DNA of 62,953 bases, counting the filler, from Neolecta irregularis DAH-3 (taxonomy: Eukaryota): assembly GCA_001929475.1 (NCBI GenBank). It is 6 parts of 6 records of this genome, joined end to end, with 100 filler letters (N's around TTAATTAATTAA, not from the genome) between each part and the next. Parts side by side here need not be neighbours in the genome. Positions count along the whole stretch, not along the records: positions 1 to 16,119 come from LXFE01000996.1; positions 16,220 to 18,323 come from LXFE01000999.1; positions 18,424 to 26,576 come from LXFE01001001.1; 3 more parts are not named here. One strand, 5' to 3'. Positions 13,574 to 24,349 of the stretch are shown here, piece by piece. Each line of letters opens with the position of its first letter. Positions within the stretch are counted from its first letter, which is position 1. Both the position numbers and the translations under genes were made by a program. The notes beneath the pieces are model-generated. The model was not told the DNA's origin. It saw only the letters and a program-made list of their open reading frames with translations, and searched no databases.

Positions 13574-14801
13574 TCAAGCAACATCTGAAATTCCTCCTGC
13601 CAGAATACAATAACTGCATTCCTTCTCAGCCATATCTGGACTATCCAGAAGCTTTGCCACCCTTTCTTCGCCTCTTCCCTTCCTCAACATTATTCTAGTA
13701 GCACTGGCGTGCGCAAGGACATGCCCTCCAACAGGCTTCTTGTCGTTCGATGCAAACATCAAAGAAGCTCCAGGGTCAGATTGAACCTGATTTGTAAGGA
13801 ACACTGCAACATTGAACTCCTCGCTCATTCTTGAAAGACGACTCAACATAACATTGAGTTTCTGCTGCCTTTCTGAAAGTTCCCCTCGACCAGAATAATC
13901 GACTCGGAATAATGCCATGATTGAATCTACGATAATCAACTTGTAAACGCCCTTCTCTTCAGTAAAGGTAGTTGACAGACGGTTTATCAGATCCAACTGA
14001 TGTTCAGAATTCCAAGCTCGACCAACAACGATATTTTCCAAGGCTTGTTCAGCGTCGACACCGAAACGTTCGGCAATGGCTCGGATACGGTCCGGCCGAA
14101 ACGTTCCCTCTGTATCTATATATGCAACTTTCCCTTCTCCACCTCCCATCTCTTTTGGGAGTTGAGACGTGACACATAGAGTGTGACACAACTGAGTCTT
14201 CCCGCATCGGAATTCTCCATACACTTCGCTGATTGACATCGACATGATACCTCCTCCAAGAATTGCATCGAATTGCTTGGAGCCGGTGGAGATCGAGATA
14301 ACCCTCCGACGAGCATGAGATATCGTGGAAGCGGTAGAAAATCCAGCAGGCTAATGTCAGCGAAGAAATAGATGAATGGAAGTTACGCAGAGCTTTGATG
14401 CGGCTTCCTTTAACTTCTCCACCTTGGCCTCACTGAGCCCTTTAATCTTGCCGAGATTACGACGAGTGACCATTTGGACGGCTGTCACAGTACAGATTCC
14501 TGCAGCTCTCAGTTTTGAGATGTCGGAAGCATTAATTCCTGGTATATTTCAGCAAATGTGGAATGTATTTGATGAGCAAGGAGATGGGATTTCAATAGCC
14601 CACCTAAATCTTCGATAGTGTTTGTAGCACGACGGGCTCCCAGCACCAGTTTGAAAGAAGAGAACTTGCTATTGCTTCATTTAATTGGATTCAAGCCCTA
14701 TAACAGGCCACGAAAAGACTACCTTGGTTTTGAAGTTCTTCGATCTCGTAAAATAGTTGATCATCATCATCACCGTAGTCGGAAGTGGAATCACCTATCA
14801 T
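13574..14801 (-). CDS. DMC1: Meiotic recombinase Dmc1
   Basis: Exons 14801-14723, 14538-14387, 14350-13574. [21 protein letters not shown]; Walker [28 protein letters not shown]; Dmc1-type [37 protein letters not shown]. Confidence 0.96.
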
Positions 14802-15489
14802 CTCTAGATGAATACTTTTTTAGGAACAGCTAGATGCAATGGATAGAGACAAAGTATAAGACAAAGTTTGACAAACGAGAAGTGCCGACTCTCAATTGTA
14901 CAGATTTAAGCGATTATCAGGCACACGTAGGAACGTCCAGAGATGAATGAAGATAGAACAAGCTTTAGATATTGAAATAATGTTAACTTTAGGGCGAGAT
15001 ATGTTGAGAGAGTAGTTGGGAGTGGGAAGATGTCATTATTATGAGGATGTTTATTATATACCGAATGACATCTCGGCGCCACCTTGACGAGATTAGCTTT
15101 TGGGTAGATTGGTAATGGAACATGTATTGCATCTATTTGTGACTGGCGAGAAGCATCTCTGTTCTAGAAACACACTGATGAGGAAATGGTAATTGTGTAT
15201 AGCAATTTTGTTTGTTTCTTCTGGTCTGGGTGTTATTTATTAGGAGAGAAGATATCGAGTTGCTCTATCTCTCATTCATAGGAATTCTCATGACTGGCTA
15301 AGTAAGCCTATAAGTATCTCCTAGAGCAAATCGCGTCTGACAAAGGTAATTCATGCGACGTATATCTAACCCCCAAATCTTAGCATTTTTACAATCGTAG
15401 TGCTTCATCGCTGCCTGTCGATAAGGTTGGTCAGTGGTGTCATTACGGAGACCTCAGAAGAGGAAATATTCGGGCAAGTTCAGTGAGAG

Positions 15490-15520
15490 TTAGGGTGAGT
15501 TAGGGTTAGGGTTAGGGTTA
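15490..15520 (+). repeat. Short interstitial telomere-like repeat (TTAGGG)n
   Basis: ttagggtgagttagggttagggttagggtta: four TTAGGG units, three of them in tandem. Confidence 0.8.
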
Positions 15521-16119
15521 AGAAGGTTATGAAATCATTTTCAACCACATGTCCAAGCGTACGGCAGAGCCTTCGAGACCAGAAATCAACCCTAGCCATG
15601 CTTTAAGGGAAATGTGATATTGGACAGGTATAAACGTGGGAGAGTCCTGTCATGTGCCGAGGCCATCATGGTCGACGCAGAAACAAGATAACGAGGATAT
15701 TAGCCGTTGACGCAAAACAAAGTCGGCCCATCCAAAAACGGCGACTGTAAAACCTTCTTCGTTGATCAACACCACAACTTGCGCACCAGTAGCAAGGATG
15801 GAAATCTGAATGATCATGTAGCGAAATATAAGAGCGACAGCTGGCAATTCTTTTGCTCTCAGACCAAGTCCGAATCTTATTTCGTGATCGACAATATCAG
15901 TCATTACCAAGGCGTTTATCTATGCTTCCTACAGAGCGATTGGTTGCAGGATTGTTGGTCTCGTAGTTCTAGCGATTTAATAGTTAGACCCCGTTATGTT
16001 CCTCGTGCCGATAATTTTCTTCTCATAGCACAACCTCCACCATGAAGTAAAAGCAGCCGTTGAATGGATTTTACTAATAATATAGTTTTCCTGGAAATAT
16101 CGAAATTGAGGGAAGAAAC

Positions 16120-16219
16120 NNNNNNNNNNNNNNNNNNNNNNNNNNNNNNNNNNNNNNNNNNNNTTAATTAATTAANNNNNNNNNNNNNNNNNNNNNNNNN
16201 NNNNNNNNNNNNNNNNNNN
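16120..16219. other. Artificial contig linker (N / TTAATTAATTAA / N)
   Basis: 100-nt spacer with stop codons in all six frames; the same spacer occurs four more times. Confidence 0.98.
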
Positions 16220-16338
16220 GTTCACCTAAAGTCTGGTATAGGAGTTCTAGCCCTCAAGGCATACACACAAAGAGCTCCCACAGTTGGTATGGTGGTGGTA
16301 GGTATATAATCTAGGTATCATGTGAAAAAGCCTATCAA

Positions 16339-16432
16339 AGCCCATGGGCTAACCCATGGGTTTTTTTGGGGAGGCCCAGTCCATGGGTTAACCCATGGGC
16401 CGGGCTAAGCCCATGGCCTGTCCCCAACACTG
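16339..16432 (-). mobile_element. One end of a hAT-like DNA transposon or MITE (terminus CAGTGTTG plus subterminal CCCATGGG repeats)
   Basis: Five CCATGG palindromic cores (three as full CCCATGGG) within ~80 bp, ending in CAACACTG (reverse complement CAGTGTTG, typical hAT terminus); the other end is not in this contig. Confidence 0.55.
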
Positions 16433-16501
16433 GTGACACCTTGTCTTTGTATAGGTATTTACCACCACAGATACCCTGTGCCTTACACCATCCCCTTTAC
16501 T

Positions 16502-17545
16502 ATGAACCATCCCATTCAAGATATTCTCACTGAATTTACAGTCACTCCGAATCCCTGGAACATTGCAGACCTTCAAAATCAATCATCTGCAATCTTTTCA
16601 TTTACTTTGAAATACTGCCTCTCTAGAAACATCAACATTTACAATATCATTGTTTTTCTCAATTCAATGTGGGATGGTGAACTAGACAAGGTAATTTCTC
16701 TTCCCACACATGTTCAACATAGAATGTCTTGCTGGAATTAGTCAATCGTGGGATTACAAACCATGAATTAAATAATCTTGGAATGAAAAAAGAACATCAT
16801 GTTACATTTAGACTCCTTGTAAACCATGTTGAAGAACTTGCTGATCCCTCCTTAAGGAACTCATCTTGCCAAAGCAATGCTAATACTAGACATTCAATGG
16901 AAATTAGATTTCTTTTAAATAAGAATGCAGATTCAAACAGTTCCTATTACATCTCCTGGAAATCTGACTTGTTCAAATTCCATAAAATCTGGCCAATTCA
17001 ATGCTCTCCTAGCCTCCAAAAAATAACTTCAACTACCTCAATTCAACATTTATGTTTTGCCAGGTTCAAATTATCACTAGTTAAATTCACCAGAAAGTTC
17101 AAAGTGACGGCTTCTTGTCCGGCATATACTTGTAACAATCAATTACTAACTGCAACTGTATCCTGTTCTTCTGAAAAATTTAAATGGGATCATTCTAAAG
17201 TTGTCGTGTTTCCTCTAGATACCAACGGCAGAGCAATGACCGAGTTTAAAAAGGTTTCTGACCAAATAAATATAAAATCTCAAATTCACGTTTTACATGT
17301 GTTGCTCGATTTTTCTCCAGAAATACCTTCAAATCTACCTGTCATTGTGGAAATTATATCAACCGGAATAGATAAATACGGTCATAGAAAGGTATTCATT
17401 TTGTTGCTCGTCGTTTTAAATATAGGTCTTGACAAATAAATTCAAGACTATTCTTCTTCCTTGTCCTGAATCTGCGTTTATGGGAAGTTTTATTACAAAG
17501 ACTATTAAAGTTCCACAAGACGAAATGGACTCGATAGTTGTCTAG
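16502..17545 (+). CDS. Hypothetical protein (3 exons), weak SAM-like segment
   Basis: ATG at 16502; introns gtaatt..catag and gtattc..tcaag join the reading frames to TAG at 17543-17545. ELNNLGMKKEHHVTF loosely resembles a SAM helix; no clear family. Confidence 0.5.
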
Positions 17546-17618
17546 CGTTTTAGATCGTAAAATGGGTTTTATAGATCGTAAATCATGTGTTTTTATTCAG
17601 TTCTACGCCAATCGCCTA

Positions 17619-18200
17619 ATGAGCCGTCCCGAACACATCGCCCCTCCCGGAAATCTTTTATAATGACGCTGAAGCATCTAAATATACCAAAAATTCTCGT
17701 ATACAAACTATCCAAGCGGAAATGGTATCCATTATTTTTCCAGAAATAGCATTCATACAAACACGCTGCGTGCGCTCGACCTTCTTCAACTCGACCCTGA
17801 ATCAAGTTGTTTTATTCTTGATATTGGCTGTGGAAGTGGACTGTCTGGAGAAATTCTAGAACAAGAAGGACATACCTGGGTAGGCATGGATATTTCTCCA
17901 AGCAGTTGGGTATCTACATCATTTTTCTGCATTGATTGAAATAGGTGTGGCACTCAATAGAAAGAGATACAGAGGGAGATTTATTGTTATCGGATATTGG
18001 CGCTGGTATTCCATTTCGTCCCGGGTCATTTGATGCAGCTATTTCGATATCCGTGTTGCTGTGGTTGGGAAACGCAGATAAATCGACGAATCGCCCCGTT
18101 ACTCGATTAACCTGGTTCTTTGAATCACTATACACCAGTCTAAAGAAAAATGGGCGGGCAGTGTTACAATTTTACCCCGAGAACGACAAAAAGGCTGAAT
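17619..18200 (+). pseudogene. BUD23: BUD23/WBSCR22 18S rRNA m7G methyltransferase pseudogene, frameshifted and truncated
   Basis: Recognisable blocks [85 protein letters not shown] lie in different frames; the first intron lacks an AG at the expected acceptor; the C-terminus is replaced by repeat sequence. Confidence 0.85.
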
Positions 18201-18232
18201 TCCAAAAGTGTGAAAAAGAAAGAGGTCTATTT

Positions 18233-18323
18233 GGGTTACTCTCCCGCCCGTCTCTCCTTTCTCACCCGCCCGACCCGCCCGCCCGCCAATCTCTCCAGCC
18301 CATCTCTCCCGCCCTCCTCTTTC
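18233..18323 (-). repeat. C-rich low-complexity repeat segment, inverted relative of 19010-19180
   Basis: Reverse complement shares GAGAAAGGAGAG, ACGGGCGGGA and GGAGAGTA(G)ACCC-like motifs with 19020-19090. Confidence 0.55.
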
Positions 18324-18423
18324 NNNNNNNNNNNNNNNNNNNNNNNNNNNNNNNNNNNNNNNNNNNNTTAATTAATTAANNNNNNNNNNNNNNNNNNNNN
18401 NNNNNNNNNNNNNNNNNNNNNNN
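18324..18423. other. Artificial contig linker
   Basis: N / TTAATTAATTAA / N, 100 nt. Confidence 0.98.
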
Positions 18424-18557
18424 GGCAGGAGCAAGTGGGTTGAATGGCGAAAAAGATGACAATACCCGTCCGATATCAAAGGCGAGTGGGGGACCCCAGT
18501 TTGTGGCGTTGACCAAAAAGGTAATATTTTATTTCAGTATGGCGGCGAACGCGGTTT
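18424..18557 (+). repeat. Direct-repeat copy 1 (~135 bp)
   Basis: Identical to 19175-19312 except GAGTGGGGGACCCC versus GAGTGGAGCACTGACCCC; flanked by gaps on both sides. Confidence 0.9.
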
Positions 18558-19009
18558 NNNNNNNNNNTGCATCCTGTATAATTCTTCTTATTGAAGTCAT
18601 GGCAATTGAGGAAGCTGGTGGTCTTGTATCTTTCTATTGGTTCAGAAAAGAAAGATAAAAATAAAAATAAAAATAATTTCTTTAGGGTCTGTAGTATGAT
18701 GTATATAAACCGCCATTTAGGTAGAAAATCAGTATCTCTTTTGTTCAACACGCCTGTAAGCAATCACTAAGTTCCCCTTGCCGCACTGCACCCCAAGACC
18801 TAGAAATACTCTTGGGCTCCGCAGGGCTAAGTTGTGGTAGGCACTGATACGATTTCGCCTATAGGGCAGGAAGTGTAACTAAATAAACACAAAAAGATCA
18901 CGTAGTAGGAAACAGGTTTATAGGTTGTGCGTATATAGGAAATTCCATTCCAACGATAAGCAGCACAGAAGCTCAACAAATCGCTGGTAATCGACCCACA
19001 TTACAGGAG

Positions 19010-19312
19010 TCGGTTACAACGCGGGACGGGAGAGGAGGCACGGGCGGGATAGGAGAGTAGACCCAGGCGGGACGGGAGAGAAAGGAGAGGAAGGAGGGAC
19101 TAGTAGGACGGAAAAGGCGGGCAGGACTAGAAAGTTGGGCGGGACTGGAAAGGCGGGCGGCGGAACGTGGGCGAGGCAGGAGCAAGTGGGTTGAATGGCG
19201 AAAAAGATGACAATACCCGTCCGATATCAAAGGCGAGTGGAGCACTGACCCCAGTTTGTGGCGTTGACCAAAAAGGTAATATTTTATTTCAGTATGGCGG
19301 CGAACGCGGTTT
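19010..19312 (+). repeat. G-rich repeat element including direct-repeat copy 2 (19175-19312)
   Basis: GGGCGGG/GGAGAG-rich tract followed by the 135-bp duplicated block; GTTTGTGGCGTT occurs twice near its end. Confidence 0.7.
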
Positions 19313-19510
19313 GTGGCGTTTACAAAGAATAAAGTTCTCAAAATGTTAATTTCCACCGACAAGTACGATATTCCCTGTTTTAGAAAATGGAGATATTTTT
19401 CTTGTGTGGCTGGCGAACCCAGCCTAAAAGTTTATCTCTCCCGAGAAAAGTTGGGGTTTCCCCTCATTTTTAAATCTGCTTCCAGTCTTCGTCTCCCTTC
19501 AACGCCAATC

Positions 19511-19920
19511 ATGTCTCTCAAAAACCCAGATTTCCCTTCCTCCGCTACCTTTGAACAAATCTCTCAACGTTTCAAAGATGAATCTACAAGGAAAGAAGCC
19601 ATGAAGAAGGTATTATTTATCGCGTGCTTTGTGTTAATATGTAGGCCAACGCAATCTTCGCCTTTGAACTCTCAAACAAGGACAAGAAAGATCAATGGTA
19701 CATTGATCTCAAAAATACCGGCCAAGTAGGAAAAGGAGCCTCTCCCTCAAAGCCCGATTGCACTCTGATACTGGACGACGAAACTTTTGGAAAACTCGCA
19801 TCAGGTCAAGCTAATGCACAAAAACTCTTCATGACAGGCGGATTGAAGATCAAGGGAAATATCATGGCGAGCACAAAATTACAGGCTGTTTTAAACAGCG
19901 TTCAAAAGAGCAAGTTGTAA
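19511..19920 (+). CDS. Peroxisomal sterol carrier protein 2 (SCP2/POX18-like) lipid-transfer protein
   Basis: Two exons (intron gtatta..gtag); WYIDLK..KPDCTLILDDETFGKLASGQANAQKLFMTGGLKIKGNIM; ends in SKL (PTS1). Confidence 0.92.
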
Positions 19921-20153
19921 TAATTTGCCTTTGTAATTGAACTCTGGGTTCCTAATTAGTCGTCGATTCAGAATGCCTTTTCAAGGTCATTTGATTTTTA
20001 TTAGTGGAGACTTGTCGTTCTTTGTCTAGACAGCCTTATTCTCATTCCTATCTCCGGATTATTTGAACATGTTACTCGTGGAATCTTTAGCTAATCACAT
20101 CCATGTAAAAATAGACAACAAATGCGGTTGATATCGTTTTAGCTATTATTCCT

Positions 20154-20657
20154 TCATTTTGCAATAGCCATTTCAACTGCCGCAGCTGCCCAGTCTGGGG
20201 CATGGTCTCGTCCGTGAATACCGGCTCTTTGTTCCGCTTGTTCTTGTGTCAATACAGTCAATACACCAAATATGACGGGTTTCCCGGATTCTAGCTGGAT
20301 CTGCATTAATCCTGCAGAAACATTTTGGGAGATATATTCGAAATGCATGGTCTCGCCCTTAATCAGCACGCCGATCGCGATGGCTACATCGTAGTTTTGA
20401 ATATCTCTGGCTTGATCAGGATGTACAAGACAATCAGGACAAGTTTACTGTTTCAGTGCCATTGGCAGTTCCCAAGACCCTGGAACTGATCGAATTGTTA
20501 GATTTGCTTCCTGCACGCCATATCTCTGTAGCAAGGAGGCTGTTGTAGATTCAACCAGACGCTTAATGATGTAGGCATTCCATCGGGCGTGGACAATCAA
20601 GACCTTGATATTCTGACCCGAAGTCTTTGATAATTCAGCGAGTTCTGGTCCTTTCAT
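20154..20657 (-). CDS. RIB4: 6,7-dimethyl-8-ribityllumazine synthase
   Basis: [45 protein letters not shown]; one intron. Confidence 0.96.
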
Positions 20658-20741
20658 TTATCTGTATGAAAAAATATTGTATGATTCTGGGGTGGGCAGG
20701 AACCAAATTTTGTCTACTCCACCATATTCCAATCCACGTTC

Positions 20742-23104
20742 ATGGCAATCAGTATCGAGACTGTGGCCTCGGTTGAGGACATTATTACATATCTATCTGA
20801 ATTGAACGTACGCGAAGCTCAAGTTGACGAAGACATCATACAAATCGTCGATGATCAAAAGCTGATTGACCGGCAGTCTCAAGAACTGGAAGAATTAGGG
20901 TGGTGTTGAATATAAAACTGCCAGTTTGACACTTCTAGGTCTCGACTTTTGGAAGCACAGACACAGCTGCAGTTTCTGTTCTCGACTTTGGCAACTACGT
21001 CATCAACTGCATGTAATATTAGCTCTCAGGTCCGATCTTTAGATATCCAACAACAAAATGTCAATGCGACGATATCTCACGTCGACAATATTATAAATCT
21101 TAGAGTTCTATCCTTTCCAGGAATCAATTGACGGGAAGACCCAAATTCATCAATTGCACGAAGCAATACAATCTCGAGATTGGGAAACGGCCGCCCAGTC
21201 AATTCATACTTGTTCTCAGCTTCCCCCAGAAGTAATTACATCATCTTTTGCAAATTTGACTGTTCCCTCTACTGAAATCCCAGAACCTCCTGAAATCACT
21301 CTTCGAGATAATAGGGAGGGCTTATGTGCTCATTTTGCAAAAGAGTTTAATAAAGCTGTAGAAGCCAAGGATCAAGCCAACATTTCAAGATTTTTTAAAT
21401 TGTTTCCATTGATTGGAAAATACGACCAAGGTGTTGATTTATACTCCAGATTTATCTCTGGGATCATTGCCACTAAATCAAGGACGTTGATGACAAAGAA
21501 AGGTATTCGACCTCCCAAGAACCGGATTAATATAAAGCCGATGGGCCGCTATTTTACGCGTCGTGTGCATCGGGGTTATTTGAACATGTCGCAAAGATCA
21601 TTGAATCTCACCAAGATCTCATTATACGGTTTTACGGAATGCCCTATCTAGAACGAGTTATTGAGAAAATTCAACGAGAAGTAGATCGACAGGGAGGAAT
21701 TATCATCGACACATTAATAGATGAGAGGAGGATAGAGCGTCGAGTATTTATCAAGTCATACAACGAGATTTGACTGTTTAGGTTTCTGAAGTCAAGAGTT
21801 ACCAATTCCATGCTCTAGCCGACCAATACATGCCTCCATTGACTAAGAGTCTTACTCTAAGGAAAAGCGAAGACGATATCGTCGATGCCAAAGAAGTAGA
21901 CAGAATCATTAATGAAATCGGCACTCTTCTGAGTCGATGGGGTTTGTATTGCAATTTCGTTACATACACAATCACGGTTTGCTTTGAAATTTTACTTCTG
22001 TTGATTGTAGAGTACTGAAGATCCCTCCAAGATACCATCCTTTCTCGTGAAATCAATGCTCTCATCCAAACTCTCTCATTTGGAAGCCTTTTATGAAACT
22101 CTAGAAACATGGTTCTTCCGCCGCAGTATTGAACGTGCAATCATGCTTGACAAACTCGATCTTTACGCTTCCCCGCCGATATCTAGCGTAGTTGACGACG
22201 TGATGTATATTCTCCACAAAATTGTTCAGAGAACCTTGTCAACAGGCCAAATCGATTTGTCTGTCACACTTCTTTCAAATATCAGGAGAATCATGGAAAT
22301 GGACTATTGCGGAATGTTGAATAGACGACTGATAGATGGGGGCGACAGAATGAAGGTATTTTTGGCGGGTCTAAATTGCGTGGACGTCAGTGCGACGTAT
22401 ATTGATAAAGTAATAACAGCGAATACGGAAGGCGAGGTACCGGAAAAGATTGTCAAGGCCGTTCGAGGAATGACTTCTTTGAAAGAGCGACTGGATACGA
22501 TACTGGAGGTAGATATATCAGTTCATTTCATATTAATGGTTAGAACGGCGTGTCCACATTATTTGCTCAGATTCTTAAACCAGCTCTAAGAACAATCTGG
22601 AACGACATTTTTCCGGAGGTGTCGTATATTTTGCCCAGCTATGATGACTCGGAGGATCTAGTTAGAAGAAGGTTTGCTGCCAAGTGGGATAGCTTGATCA
22701 TTGAGCCATACAAGGTGCAATTTCCTGCCTTGTCTCTTGTGACCCTAACCTTGATGATAGACCAATATGACTGAAAACTCTTTTCAGACGCTTCTTCGCT
22801 TGAGCATCAATCAGCTTGTCACGCCGTTGGAGAAGAAGATATGGAGCTTCAAAGCGAATGAAGTTGGGTACCATTGCGGTGAAGAGATTACTGACTGGCA
22901 AAGATTGGGTCAATAGCCCTTGAGAAGGATATCTCGGCGATAATATCGCATGCTACGACCCATGCGCCGTATGGGACGCGAGAAAAGTTTAGCAAAATTC
23001 TGCAGCTATGTATGTTATTGGGAATGAGTACGGAGGAGGTTGGACAAATTGAAACAACGCTGAGCGCAGAGGAGGTTGTCCGGGTGGGACAGATGAGGAT
23101 TTAG
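20742..23104 (+). CDS. COG4: Conserved oligomeric Golgi complex subunit 4
   Basis: Multi-exon; DWETAA, VPSTEIPEPP, ISRFFKLFPLIGK, FFRRSIERAI, SSVVDDVMYI, LEKDIS..REKF. Confidence 0.88.
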
Positions 23105-23169
23105 GATAGAATTACATACGGCAGCCAAGTTTCCGCTTGAGAAATCAGCAGTGGTTACCTCCACTCCAC

Positions 23170-24289
<1,120 letters not shown>

Positions 24290-24349
24290 CGAGCACGTGC
24301 CGCGGGTAGAGGGGGAAACGTTAAGCGAACTACGACCCGCCTGCCGCAC

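Noticed and set aside
15707..16045. 112-aa ORF near the contig end
   Set aside because: Non-ATG start and no recognisable motif or splice support.
16164..16175. Recurrent TTAATTAATTAA palindrome inside N runs (five copies)
   Set aside because: Artificial six-frame-stop linker; not biological. Adjacency across it cannot be trusted.
16339..16420. Palindromic repeats as a CRISPR-like array
   Set aside because: Eukaryotic context, 6-8-bp units and no regular spacers; fits transposon subterminal repeats.
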